A DNA stretch of 62,879 bases, filler included, from Thraustochytrium aureum (taxonomy: Eukaryota): the NCBI GenBank assembly GCA_012862495.1. It is 4 parts of 2 records of this genome, joined end to end, with 100 filler letters (N's around TTAATTAATTAA, not from the genome) between each part and the next. Parts side by side here need not be neighbours in the genome. Positions count along the whole stretch, not along the records: positions 1 to 29,574 come from BLSG01000114.1; positions 29,675 to 48,398 come from BLSG01000114.1; 2 more parts are not named here. One strand, given 5' to 3'. Positions 23,652 through 35,548 of the stretch are shown here, piece by piece. How positions within the stretch are numbered: position 1 is the stretch's first letter; every line of letters starts with the position of its first letter. Under the pieces are notes generated by a model, which saw nothing but the letters and a program-made list of their open reading frames with translations, did not search any database and had not been told where the DNA came from. Both the position numbers and the translations under genes were made by a program.

Positions 23652-24765
23652 CTACGGCTTGCCAAGGGCAGCCTCGTAAAGCGCCGTTGCGTCCTCAAGC
23701 GTGACCTCGCGCTGGTTGTTCTGGAGCAAGCGCGTCTGATGCATCGACTCGCGCGCCAGGAGCGGAATGTCCTGCTCGGTGATGCCCACCTCCGAAAGCG
23801 AGGAGGGCACGCCCAGCTCTGCCGCCAGCTCCACAAAGCAATCCGCCAGAGAGGCTGACTCGGGCGCGTCCGGGAACGCCTCGTCCCGCAGCGTGGCATA
23901 CATATCTGCAGCTGCGGCGCTGTTGAAGCGCAGCACGTGCGGGAGCATCAGCGAGTTGGACACACCATGTGGGACGTGAAAGTGGGACCCCACAGGGTAG
24001 GCCAGGGCGTGCACCGCCCCAACTGGGGCGTTTGCGAAGGCCATTCCCGCGTACATCGAGCCGAGCAGCATGAGCCCCCTCGTGTGCACGTCATCCGCGT
24101 CGTTGCACGAGATCCGGATGTTGGATCCGAGCAGCCGCAGGGCCTCCACCGCAAGGAGGTCGGAGAGTGGGTTGCGCTTGATTCGCGACGTGTACGCCTC
24201 GACAGCATGGACCATTGCGTCGATTCCGGTGGCCGCTGTCACGGCCTTTGGCAGGCTGGTCAGGAGGCTGCCATCGAGCACCGCCAGGTCCGGAAGGAGG
24301 ATGGGCGACACGACGCCCATTNNNNNNNNNNNNNNNNNNNNNNNNNNNNNNNNNNNNNNNNNNNNNNNNNNNNNNNNNNNNNNNNNNNNNNNNNNNNNNN
24401 NNNNNNNNNNNNNNNNNNNNNNNNNNNNNNNNNNNNNNNNNNNNNNNNNNNNNNNNNNNNNNNNNNNNNNNNNNNNNNNNNNNNNNNNNNNNNGTGCTTT
24501 CCGGTGGGTCCGCCACGACGTCGTCGAACATGACCACGTCAAACCCAAGCTCTGCGAGGCTCGCGCACGCCGGCAGCTCAAGCCCGCGGTCCGTAATCCC
24601 CTTGTCCGAAATCACTACAACAGACCCGCCCGCCTTGGCGCAGACGCCGACCTGCTCCACGACGGCGTGTCCAATCCTGTGCGACCCGCCCACCTCAAAC
24701 AGCAGGTTTTTCGTCGTCTGGAACAAGAACGACGTGCTTGCGCGAAGGCTCTTGGCGCGAGTCAT
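23652..24765 (-). CDS. Iron-containing alcohol dehydrogenase (spans gap 24322-24493)
   Basis: ISDKGI..FDDVVADPP before the gap. After it: PDLAVLD..TAATGIDAMVHAVEAYTS, AGMAFANAPVGAVHALAYPVG..HVPHGVSNSLMLPHVLRFN (Fe-ADH His ligands). Confidence 0.93.
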
Positions 24766-24807
24766 CTCTGCAGATCGTCCTTCTCTCCAGCCTCTCCCCC
24801 AGCCAGT

Positions 24808-24893
<86 letters not shown>

Positions 24894-24915
24894 ACCTGCC
24901 TGCGTGCGTGCGTGC
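24808..24915. repeat. (CTGC)n tetranucleotide microsatellite grading into (GTGC)n, upstream of the ADH gene
   Basis: Directly visible, more than 20 units. Confidence 0.95.
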
Positions 24916-25893
24916 GCTGCGGCACTCCGAGTCGTAAGCTGCTGATCTTGTCGGAGGTCTGCTGATCTCGTTGGAGGTCTGTTGCTCTTTGCTGTTCGTC
25001 CATTGCCGTAGGCCTATCGATTCTATCGAAGTGGACGTGTTGGGCTTTGATGATCGGTGGGTCGATGTGGCGCTGCGAGGCCCGTCGAGCGGCGCGCTTT
25101 GAAGCGGGAAGCGGGACCGACCCATCACGAACTGCGTGAACGCATCACCGCGAGGTCCAACCGGCAGGCCACTTGCTTTGAGACGCGGTGGGTTTGGTTT
25201 TCGATGGGCAGCGTCGCATGTGGTCTGCGCTTTTATCTCTTCTCCTTGAGGAAGCTGCTCGTGGGATCTCGAGGCGCGGCCCCTGGGTGGGCGGAGGCAC
25301 GGACGACGCTGAGGCCACGCAGGCTGCGCAGGCTGCGCAGGCTGCGGTCGGTGGTGGCAACCGGAACTCGGGAGTTTTGGGGACGGGTACCGGTTGTCGG
25401 TGTCTGAGGAGCGCCACAGCACACGATTGCGCTCGCACAAGCTCTCAGCCTGGGCCAAACGCTTTGCCTGCGCTTTCGATCCCTTCCAGCTTGTTCGACT
25501 CGAGCGTATCAAGCGAGCGTCGATATGCATGGGGAGACGCAGTCGGGAGCGGCGGCTTGTTTTGGCTCGCGCATCCGTCCGCCGACCGCTGGCTAGCCAT
25601 CCCACCACGGTCGCGCTTACCGAGAGCCACAACCCTTGGCCTCTGGCTTGCTTGGTTCGAGTTGGTGGCTTGCTTATCCAAGTACAGGCAACGCGCCACG
25701 GCTTCCATGATCTTCGGGTAGGTCCGTTGAAAGCGGAAATGCACGCGCCCCAACGGCTACGATGCGACTCGCGTCCACTGCAGCGGCAATCTCCATCCGC
25801 GCTTGCGCAAATCGCTGCCCTGGCGCGGGCGGAGGCCCACGCTTCGAGCCGGTCGCGTATGGCGCAATAGGCGCTTGGACAGCGCAGGTCGCA

Positions 25894-27003
25894 ATGGCAC
25901 ACCTGGCTGGCCAAGAAGCGGCGTGGCGGTCACAGCAAACGCAACTCGCGCGAGTAAATGATGGAAAGGAGGACAATGAAGGCGCGACAGACCATGCCGA
26001 GGACAAGTTGACAAAGCACTACCGGTACGCCAAGCTGGAAAAGGTCTTTGGCAGGCTGGACGTGGGCGGCAACGGCAGCATCTCGTTCGCAGAGTACCTG
26101 ACCACCATCGACCGCCTCACCCCCGATGAGGTGGCCGCAGCGCGATCTGCGTTCGAGATGCTGGGACCAGACAAGTATGGCAACGTTCGCAAGCGCAAGT
26201 TTATTTCGATGCAAATCGAAGCGTTCGAAGATGTGCTGGACGCAGAGTTCGATCGCTACGTGCGCATCATGACGACAGGCTCCATCGTGCACGCCCACAC
26301 TCGACAAGCACTCATGGCCGCCGGCGTCGAGATCCCCGACGACTTTATCGACCCCCCAAGGCCGAGCATCCTCAGGGCCGTGAAAAAAGTAGCGCGCTTG
26401 GCTACGAGGCGAGTCCACGCCATGCTCTTTTCGAGCCTGATAAAGCGCCGTGTGCATGCCTACGAAATGTCGGCCGCCGCGCGGATGGGCCACATCAAGC
26501 GGATCCAAGCTCTCAAGCACCGCCTTGACGAGCACGATAAAACGCTGCTGGACGAGGAGCACGCCCTGGCTATTCAAGCCCTCGAGGACAAAGCAGAACG
26601 GACGGGGACAAGGGTGCCTCCAGTACAGCGACGTGTCGCGAAGGCGGCCAGCGAAGACGCCAAGCCTGCAAATGGGCGTCGGCGGCGCGCACAAGATGGC
26701 TTTTCCAGTGCATTGCGAGAGGAGAAGCAGTGGGAGGAAGGCCCCAGGCGAGGGCTCAAGACCGGGAGCGAGATGGCACCGCTCCTGTACGAGTCGACAG
26801 ACATGCGCTTGAGGGCTTCGCGCGAAAAAGAGAAGCGAATGCAACTACGGCGCCTTGAGCGCGAATCAGGGGCCGAAATACTGTCGCCAGCAGAGCCGTC
26901 CGTGGCAGTGGAGGAACACGGCGAAGACATTCTCGAAGAAGAGGAAACCCACACGTCGTTGCTCACAAAGCCATCGTTCCGGCTCGCCGCGAACGCCTAT
27001 TGA
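25894..27003 (+). CDS. EF-hand-containing protein with coiled-coil C-terminal half
   Basis: VFGRLDVGGNGSISFAEYL is a canonical-like EF loop; second degenerate hand AFEMLGPDKYGNVRKRKF. Start codon uncertain (25762 or 25894). Confidence 0.75.
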   Translation: MAHLAGQEAAWRSQQTQLARVNDGKEDNEGATDHAEDKLTKHYRYAKLEKVFGRLDVGGNGSISFAEYLTTIDRLTPDEVAAARSAFEMLGPDKYGNVRKRKFISMQIEAFEDVLDAEFDRYVRIMTTGSIVHAHTRQALMAAGVEIPDDFIDPPRPSILRAVKKVARLATRRVHAMLFSSLIKRRVHAYEMSAAARMGHIKRIQALKHRLDEHDKTLLDEEHALAIQALEDKAERTGTRVPPVQRRVAKAASEDAKPANGRRRRAQDGFSSALREEKQWEEGPRRGLKTGSEMAPLLYESTDMRLRASREKEKRMQLRRLERESGAEILSPAEPSVAVEEHGEDILEEEETHTSLLTKPSFRLAANAY

Positions 27004-27338
27004 TTCCGAAAGGCTCTGAGCGCTGTACTCGTTGATTCCGCAAGGCTCTGAGCGCTGCAGCTGGTTCATAGATTGTTTATAATTGATGTTTCGTGTGTAA
27101 AACAACGGGTTGGCTGGTTGAGCGACGGCAGCACCGGCAAGAACACTTGCTTCTCGGAAAGGCATTGTACAAGTACTTTTTAAAACTCTTCTGTGCCGCA
27201 ACAAGTAGTAGGCTCTCTTGCTAGAAAAACAACGAGAGCAACAACTTGAACTGCAACAACAGGATCAGGCGCTGTCTTGACCCACCAACTACAAGCCGTT
27301 GGCATCAGTCAGCACTCCTTTCGGCGACGTTTCGAGCA

Positions 27339-28792
27339 TTAGCCCGTCATCGCTCCCTTCACAACTCGGATTCCGCTGCGAACGGGCCGGAGGGTCGCCT
27401 CTGCGAGTTTGGCCGAACGCGCCCGAGCCCCTGAAGATCCCAACGACCGTGCCCACGACCGCAGGGAGTGGACCGCAGCCCGACCTAGCGAAATCCCATC
27501 GCGCGAGGCGGAGGAGGCCGAAGCCCCAGAGCTCTGCGGCTCGTTCTTGGCTGACATGTCCGGGCGCGGGAGGTTGCTGATGTCCTCCGTCCGAAAGCTT
27601 TGCGGCGGGGACATTAGCGAGACAAGGTCAAGCTCGGGAACGCGGCTCGGCGGGCGGTTACGCGGCACGGTCGCGCGGCGCGATTGCACAGAGGCGCTGA
27701 TCTTGCGCGACAGTAGCGGGTACGCAAGCCAGCCGATTGGCAGCAGGTAGTCATGCTTGTTGTACAGGTATGGCACGAAGAGAAACGCCAGGTAAACGGT
27801 GATCTGGAGCACGCCCTGGTGGATAGCCGCGCTCTGCGACTCGCGGATGATCCGAGCGATCTCCAGCACGCGAACGTCGCGGCTGCGCGCATAGTTGGAC
27901 TTGAGAATGGCCACGGAACGCTGGCGCGTCACCACTGCCTGCAAAATGTAACCAGCAATTGACAAGACCATGCAAGCGCCATATAATTGGAACAGGAGGA
28001 CGCCAAGCCGGTCTTGCGAGGCCCCGAGCGCCACGGTCGCGATCGGAATCGCGCCGCTCGCGGCTGACATGAAAAAGTTGAAGCGAGCCAGGAAGTAGCT
28101 GCGCTGAATGAGGCGGCGCACCTTTGCGCGATTGCGCGAGCTGTGAGCAGCATCGTGGCCATCAGCGTCGGCTGGAAAAAGTACACCTCGGCGTAAAACC
28201 CGAGACGGGCAACTGCAAAGAGCAGGGTTGCAGGCCAGGTCACCCCGACGTGCTGGGTCTCGTCGACGAGCTTGAGCACGGCCATCGCCACAACGGCTGG
28301 CAAGCCGAGCACAAGGAAAGGATGACAGCCATGNNNNNNNNNNNNNNNNNNNNNNNNNNNNNNNNNNNNNNNNNNNNNNNNNNNNNNNNNNNNNNNNNNN
28401 NNNNNNNNNNNNNNNNNNNNNNNNNNCACAAGGAAAGAGATGACAGCCATGAGCCCCTGGTTTTGGTACACCGGAAACGCGACTCCAGCACGGCGGCGAG
28501 CTGCTCGAGCTGCAAGGTGGAGCCGCACCCGCTGCATGTTGGGGCGGACGGCAAGCCCTTGGCAGATTACCGTCAACGCGAGCAGCGCGGCCCACAAACA
28601 CTTGATCGCAATGGCGTTGATGTGGCAGTCCACCCCGTCAGAGTTGATAAAGTCAGACTCGCCGGACCACCCAGGCTTGCAAACGCAGAGCCCCAACCTT
28701 GCGTTGCATGTTCCTTGCCCGCTGCACTCTGGCCCGATCATGGTCCATCCTTGGCCGAACAAGTCGTGCTCCGCCTCGTGAGAGCAGTTCAT
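27339..28792 (-). CDS. EGF-like domain plus multi-pass (about 7 TM) membrane protein, GPCR-like
   Basis: N-terminal CSGQGTCNARLGLCVCKPGWSG..DC (EGF-like), then successive hydrophobic helices and a Ser/Arg-rich tail. One frameshift near 28110-28140. The gap at 28334-28426 is an overlap artefact. Confidence 0.7.
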
Positions 28793-29354
28793 GGTTGTTG
28801 CCCGCCACGCAAGGAAATTGTGCGTGACCCCAAACGGGGTTTGCCATGCCAGAGCACTTTCGAGCCAGCCGCACTGAGCGTTGCGCCAAGGGTATTTGCG
28901 CACGCGCCACGGAACTCGAGCCACAGTCGACTCCGCCTTTTAAAATGAAGAAATACGACCTCACGAGGAGGAGGATCGCCCTCGCAGCGGAGCACAGCTG
29001 CTTTCTTCTTCCTTCGAGCACACGTCCCGGCTGCCAGTGCGGCACAGGCAGGCCTGGCAAGCAACCACTGGCAACCAAAGCCAAACCAACCACTGGCAAC
29101 CAAAGCCAAACCAACCTGCCGTTTACCGCCAGTAGGCGCAGATTACAAACGGCGTTTGGCAAACACCCTCGCCCGATGTGTGCTTTGTACTGCCAGCGAG
29201 TGTAGTAGTTGGCGAAGAGGACAGGGTAGGTAAGTAGGAGAGTAGAGCAGGTGCTTTCAACGTTTGGACCGGAGCTCTTCCTGTACTAGGCTACTCACTG
29301 AGTACTGTTCTCACACTGGACTGCTGTTGTTCACGGTCTCGCTCCGATCCAGTC

Positions 29355-29382
29355 TGATTGATTGATTGATTGATTGATTGTT
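29355..29382. repeat. (GATT)n microsatellite
   Basis: Directly visible. Confidence 0.9.
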
Positions 29383-29574
29383 GGAGTGGCGCAAGCAGAA
29401 CAGTGAGTCCGTCGCAGTCCCACGCCCAGCGCTTGGCAACGGATGGACCTCGTCAAGGCTCACGACCTAGGAGGGAGTCATGACCACCGTCGTCGCCTGC
29501 ACATTTTCATCACGATCGGTAAGGGTTTTGGACTGCTCAGGTGTGCTCCAACGCAAGTAGGTACTAGCTAGCTA

Positions 29575-29674
29575 NNNNNNNNNNNNNNNNNNNNNNNNNN
29601 NNNNNNNNNNNNNNNNNNTTAATTAATTAANNNNNNNNNNNNNNNNNNNNNNNNNNNNNNNNNNNNNNNNNNNN
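29575..29674. other. Artificial scaffold linker N44-TTAATTAATTAA-N44
   Basis: Palindromic 12-mer with stop codons in all six frames, centred in exactly 100 bp; identical at three places in the window. Confidence 0.97.
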
Positions 29675-30267
29675 AGAGTACAGTTCGATCGCGCGGCAAG
29701 AGCGTTTATCGTCTGTGAGTCGACTCAGCGCCAGAGGTCGCTGGCACAGGCCAAGCTTGGGCTCTTGCGTGCGCCCATTTTTTCGTTGGGAATGCGCCAG
29801 GTGGGCCCGTGCCATGGATTGCCGAGGCCGAGTCGGTGGCGAGGGGGGAGTGGCTGGCCACGGCTGGTCGTTCTTGCCTGGCATCGCCCAAGCTTTTCGC
29901 CGCTTGCGTGTGTGTCGTTGCTCGTTGTCGGGGTTGCTGTTGCGTGCTTCCAAGCCGGGGCACGCGCGGCTAGTTCGGGCTGTCGATGGCGATGTTGAGA
30001 TAGAGTTGCGGCGGCGGTGCCCAGCTGGAGCAGCCAACGAGATCTTTGCATGCTGGGAAGCGCTGATGAGCGCCTTCTGCTTGGGGAATCCCTGCGGCCA
30101 ATTGATTTCGCTGATCCCACAATGATACCGGGAGAACGCGTCGCCTGTGTTCGCCTCTCACGGATGGCGTGACCAGACTCCATTTGGCGGCCTGCGATTT
30201 TGCACGACCCCTGGAACGCAAGCGACCAAGCGCCAGAGCGAGGTCGTCATCAAGCCGAACAGGAACA

Positions 30268-31131
30268 ATGCGCTGGCAGCGCGCTTCCGCGAGGGTCGCT
30301 CTGCTGTTGGTCGTCTTGGTCGCGGTCTTGGCCGCGCCAGCGGCGGCAAAACCTCCCGGCAAGACGCCCAAACCCACAGAGGCCCCGACACTGGCCCCGA
30401 CGCTTTCCACAGCGCCAAGCACGTCCCCAACCAAGTCACCGTTGGCTGAACCCGTTGTCCCTGGCTCCCCTGGCAACTCGCCCCCCGGAACGGAGACCAA
30501 GGAGAGCCCCGTCGGAGCGCAAGAGCAGCTAGATGGCGCCGCGAGCAGCACAACGGCAGCCTCGCTCGGCGGGGGCGTTGCCGTGCTCGTGGTTGGAGCC
30601 TGGGCGGGTCGCGCGTTTTACCGGCGGGGGTCGGCGGGCGGCAAGGCCACAATCGCCGTCGGGCCGGCCGCAAAAGGAGCTGGTCCTGATACCGCCTCTA
30701 CACGGAGCCGCCCTGGATTTCGCGGCTTCCTGCCCAAGCAGTCGCTGGCCTCTACGGTGACATCGTCTACTTCTTCGACGTCGTCGGGCTCAGCTGCGCA
30801 TTTGAGTGCTGCATCCGACCCCGACCTTGCAGCAGACCTCGAGGCACCCCCTGCCCCGGCTGACCCGAGACTCAGCATGGACTGGAAGTCGGAAGCGCGT
30901 TCCTCGGTTTCGACGCTCACCATCGTCTCCAACCCGCGCATCATCCCGCTGGCAAACCCGTTGGCGCCGCGCGGCGGTGGCCGCCGCGTCCAAAGTGCCG
31001 CGGTGTCCGCTTTCTCAACTGGCAGTTCGCTGGCCTCAGGGTTCACCGTCGAATCCCGCGCCACAGACGCGCAGTCTCGCCAAGGCGCGGCAGCCAAGCG
31101 GAGCGACAGGGCCATGCACGATATGCTGTGA
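30268..31131 (+). CDS. Single-pass type I membrane protein with signal peptide and PT-rich (mucin-like) stalk
   Basis: Signal MRWQRASARVALLLVVLVAVLAAPAAA; stalk KPTEAPTLAPTLSTAPSTSPTKSP; TM LGGGVAVLVVGAWAG followed by RAFYRR; disordered cytoplasmic tail. Confidence 0.75.
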   Translation: MRWQRASARVALLLVVLVAVLAAPAAAKPPGKTPKPTEAPTLAPTLSTAPSTSPTKSPLAEPVVPGSPGNSPPGTETKESPVGAQEQLDGAASSTTAASLGGGVAVLVVGAWAGRAFYRRGSAGGKATIAVGPAAKGAGPDTASTRSRPGFRGFLPKQSLASTVTSSTSSTSSGSAAHLSAASDPDLAADLEAPPAPADPRLSMDWKSEARSSVSTLTIVSNPRIIPLANPLAPRGGGRRVQSAAVSAFSTGSSLASGFTVESRATDAQSRQGAAAKRSDRAMHDML

Positions 31132-31533
31132 ACGTCTCAGCTCGAGTCCAACCTGCTTGCCACCATTGTACCACCTGCACAACCTCTGACAAATCTGAAT
31201 CTGAATCTGAATCCGAGAATTGCTGCCTTCCCTTGTCCAACTTGGTGCTGGCTGCAAGAGTGCCGCTCCAGCAGCCAAGCGGCCGAGGCGCCGCTGCAGC
31301 GGGCGGTCGGTACTCACGTACTCACGTCCTTTTCAACTCATTCTCATGCACGGTTCTGCGCCGCAAGAACTCGTCGTGTTCTTGTGTCTCGCCACCCATG
31401 CATGTGTCCGTTGCGAGCATTCGCCTCGCCGCGGGCTGCAACGTGGGCCAAGGGCCCCGGGGCCGGCCGGCCGCGGGCGAGCACGAGCCACGGAGCATCA
31501 TGCTTCAGTCTTTTCTTCCGCCACAACTCGTGG

Positions 31534-31604
31534 CGCGAAAAGGGCGCGAAAAGGACGCGAAAAGGGCGCGAAAAGCACGCGAAAAGGACGCGAAAAGGAC
31601 GCGA
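31534..31604. repeat. 11-bp tandem repeat CGCGAAAAG(G/C)(G/A) x6.5
   Basis: Directly visible between the membrane-protein gene and the kinase gene. Confidence 0.92.
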
Positions 31605-32026
31605 CAACCGCCTCAGTGCAGCCCCGTTGTGACGAGGCTGCGACGCGGGTTGCTGCGGCATTCCGCGTATCGCAACGCATCGCCACGGCGCCCTCTAACA
31701 GCGGCTAGGGCTAGATGCATGCTTCTTGAAAACGAGTGTCCAGCTCGCAGCGAGTGCGCCCTCCCTCCTCTCTCAAGGTCACCAAACTGGCAGCAACATC
31801 CGACCGAGGCAACGCAACGGACCCATTGCTGCTCTCGCCCTGTCAGCAACACCAACAACTATTTCAGAGCTTGCTCGCCTGAGACTTGGCGCCCCTGCCG
31901 GGCACTAGGACGGGCCAAAGCCGCCGCGCAAGGACGCGGGCGGTGCGACCTCGCCTAGCAGCAAGACAGCGCACGGCAGGCGGCCAGGTGCGACCAGCCG
32001 CAGTGGAGAGGTGGGGAGGGAGGGCC

Positions 32027-35000
32027 ATGGCGCTTCCATATAAACATCACTGGCAAAGCGGCGCCCAAGCCGACGATGACCGCGTCGAGAGCGACGCGGC
32101 GTCCGCAACAAGCAGGTGGAGCAGGCTCGAGCAGCGAAAGCGGCGGACGATTCACCGCGAAAGGGAGATCCCCGTCTCGAGCGACGACAGCAGCGACGAC
32201 GATGACCTCATCTCGCATGCCAGCCGGGCGAGTCGAATGACCATCCACCGCGAGCGCAACGGGATCTGGGTCAGTAGCGACGAGGACAGCGACGAAGATG
32301 ACGCGGGCGTCCTCGGAGCTCGCCCTGTCGTTTCCGACGCGCCGCTGTACCCGCACTCGATGGCTCACAACCAGGTTTATAGCCGCCAGCAGACGCACTT
32401 GTCGCCGCACCATCGGCCACCGAACGGCGGCACCTTGCTTGCTGGCCGCCAGCAAAAGCTTGCTGCCGCGGCTGCCTACAAGGGCGGCGCTACTGCTGCA
32501 TACCCGCCGGACGCTGGGCCCTCACGAAGTAGCAACCGTCTCTTGCGAAAGAGCTTATCCGTAGATCCCGCCGCAGCAGCGGCAGCGAACAGGACCGAGC
32601 AACACCCGCGCCAGCATCCCTCGCCAGCCTCAACCTGGTCGTCCTCGTCCTCGACAACCGCAGGGAACAGCCACACGAGTCACTATTGGTCGAGCGGCTC
32701 AGAACTGTCGCCCACCGGCGCAAGCATCCGTCGGAGACGCTCAATTGGCGGCCCATCACCTTCGCCCCGCGAATTGGCCNNNNNNNNNNNNNNNNNNNNN
32801 NNNNNNNNNNNNNNNNNNNNNNNNNNNNNNNNNNNNNNNNNNNNNNNNNNNNNNNNNNNNNNNNNNNNNNNNNNNNNNNNNNNNNNNNNNNNNNNNNNNN
32901 NNNNNNNNNNNNNNNNNNNNNNNNNNNNNNNNNNNNNNNNNNNNNNNNNNNNNNNNNNNNNNNNNNNNNNNNNNNNNNNNNNNNNNNNNNNNNNNNNNNN
33001 NNNNNNNNNNNNNNNNNNNNNNNNNNNNNNNNNNNNNNNNNNNNNNNNNNNNNNNNNNNNNNNNNNNNNNNNNNNNNNNNNNNNNNNNNNNNNNNNNNNN
33101 NNNNNNNNNNNNNNNNNNNNNNNNNNNNNNNNNNNNNNNNNNNNNNNNNNNNNNNNNNNNNNNNNNNNNNNNNNNNNNNNNNNNNNNNNNNNNNNNNNNN
33201 NNNNNNNNNNNNNNNNNNNNNNNNNNNNNNNNNNNNNNNNNNNNNNNNNNNNNNNNNNNNNNNNNNNNNNNNNNNNNNNNNNNNNNNNNNNNNNNNNNNN
33301 NNNNNNNNNNNNNNNNNNNNNNNNNNNNNNNNNNNNNNNNNNNNNNNNNNNNNNNNNNNNNNNNNNNNNNNNNNNNNNNNNNNNNNNNNNNNNNNNNNNN
33401 NNNNNNNNNNNNNNNNNNNNNNNNNNNNNNNNNNNNNNNNNNNNNNNNNNNNNNNNNNNNNNNNNNNNNNNNNNNNNNNNNNNNNNNNNNNNNNNNNNNN
33501 NNNNNNNNNNNNNNNNNNNNNNNNNNNNNNNNNNNNNNNNNNNNNNNNNNNNNNNNNNNNNNNNNNNNNNNNNNNNNNNNNNNNNNNNNNNNNNNNNNNN
33601 NNNNNNNNNNNNNNNNNNNNNNNNNNNNNNNNNNNNNNNNNNNNNNNNNNNNNNNNNNNNNNCGGCGGCTGGGCGCCGGGTCCTTTGCGTCGGTGTTTCT
33701 CGCCAAGCATGTGCGGTATGCGGACAAGGAAGTGGCGGTGAAGGCCATTTCGCGCGCCAAGCTGAACCGCAAGCTGGAGAAGAACTTGCAGAAGGAGATA
33801 CAGATCATGCACAAGATGGCGCACCCCAACATAGTGCGCCTCTTCGAGACGCACGAGACGAACAAGCACATCTACCTCGTGATGGAGTACTGTGAGGGCG
33901 GCGACCTGCACGTCCTCCTCAAGAAGAAGGGCGCACTCCCGCTCTTCGCCGCCCAGGCGCTCATGCAGCAGCTGGCCTGCGGGATGCACTACTTGTGGTC
34001 GCACAACCTCATCCACCGCGACCTCAAGCCCCAAAACCTCCTCCTGGCCGGCACCGGCGAGAGCATGGAGCTTAAAATCGCCGACTTTGGCTTCGCCACG
34101 CAGCTCGCAGAGGCCACCATGGCCGACACGATGTGCGGGAGCCCCCTGTACATGGCTCCCGAGATACTTGATGGCCGCAAGTACGACTCGAAAGCAGACT
34201 TGTGGTCCGCCGGAACAATCCTCTTCGAAATGTTGGTGGGCAAGACGCCCTTCTACGGAGCCTCGCCGCGCGAGCTTTTGCACAACATCTTGCGCGCCAA
34301 GTTCAAGTTTCCGCTGGGCAAGGTGCCGACATCGCCGCATGTGGTGGATCTATTAGAGCGGCTGCTCGCCGCGGACCCCGTCGAGCGCATCTCGTTTGAG
34401 GACTTTTATGCGCACCCTTTCCTTCGCCCCACGGCCCAGCCCGCCGCCTCTGGCGCAACCGCGGCCCAGGTCGATGTGGGGACAGGCGGCCCGGGCCACG
34501 AACGCAGCATGCTTGGCGGCGGTTCTGGCCTCGCAGCCGCTTCCGCGGGCGGGCGGGCGGCGACAAAGGGAGGGGCGCCGACAGGGTCGTCAGAGTCGGC
34601 CACGAGCGGGTCATCGTCGCTCCCTTCGGCGCAGTCGTCGGAGGCGTCTATATTTGGCGGCTCTGAGATGCTATTCATGGAGGAGCCTGGCAGCGGCACA
34701 ACAAGCGAGGACGGCTCGGGTGGCGATCAGAGCGCCAAGCACCGTCGCCGCAAGGCGGCCGGGCGCGCTCCAAGGAGGACGCCTGGGAGATCCTCCCGTC
34801 GCTTGGCGACCAAGTTGCCGCCCAGTCAGTCCGCCGGCACGCCGAGCGAGCGGCAGCCGCGCCGCAGACAACGAAACCCTCGGCAGGCGGCCAGCGTTCG
34901 AGCGCAGCGCACGTAGTGCGCTTCGCTGGCGAGCTCGGCAGGCGGGCCGAGACCCTTGCGGCGATGGCATTGAGCCTGGCGCGAGCGGACGACGCCGACC

Positions 35001-35548
35001 TTGTCTTCGCCGCGCTTTGCGACTGGGGCGGCGCTTCCGCCTCAAGCGCGGCGCTGCTCGCCGCCAAGGCGCTCAATGTCCTTGCACAAGCCCTCAAGGC
35101 GTGCGAGTCTGCGCCGGCGAGCGGGGATGCGGCGCTTGTGTCCGCGGCCAGGGTGACGCGGGACGGCATTCGCGCCGCCCACCACAAGTACGCTCAAGCT
35201 TCGCGCTCGATCGCCGTCGCGGCGAGCGCCGAGGCGAGCGCGATTGCTACGCAGAGTGGAGTTTGCTCCGCGGAGCGCCTTATGCTCGACGCTGCTCTGC
35301 AGCTTGGTAAGGCAGCAGGTCTGCAAGAACAGGCTGGCAGCAAAGGCCAGAGCCCGACGTTGCTTGAATCTTCACGAGGGCTCCTCCAAGTGGCGATTGA
35401 CGTCCTCGACCTGCTTTGTGCGGACCCTGCCTTTGCGCAGCCGGGGCCAGAACGCGACCGCTTGCTCTCTGTCAAAGCTGCGTTTCTGCACAGATCCGAC
35501 AAGGTCAAGTCCGCTCGAGCCCGCCTTGGCGTCGGTTGCTTGCAGTAG
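32027..35548 (+). CDS. ATG1: ATG1/ULK-family Ser/Thr kinase (gap 32780-33662; frameshift about 34750-34900)
   Basis: Kinase motifs LGAGSFASVF, VAVKAI, MEYCEGGDL, HRDLKPQNLLL, KIADFGFA, TMCGSPLYMAPEIL and YDSKADLWS. The C-terminal helical region SAERLMLDAALQLGKAAGLQE resembles the ATG1 tandem-MIT tail. Linkage of the 32027-32779 low-complexity ORF to the kinase is inferred. Confidence 0.85.

Noticed and set aside
27001..27057. Short local duplications (here; also 2700-2741 and 29066-29115)
   Set aside because: Two or three copies of 14-25 bp in UTR or intergenic DNA, consistent with slippage; no evidence of function.
28311..28451. Direct repeat flanking the gap in the EGF-7TM gene
   Set aside because: The two contig ends overlap with a one-base difference; merging restores continuous GLMAVISFLVLGLPAVV. 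Assembly artefact.
29619..29630. TTAATTAATTAA as a biological motif (piggyBac TTAA target or regulatory palindrome); also at 48443 and 61424
   Set aside because: Always centred in exactly 44+44 Ns, so it is an artificial six-frame-stop linker.
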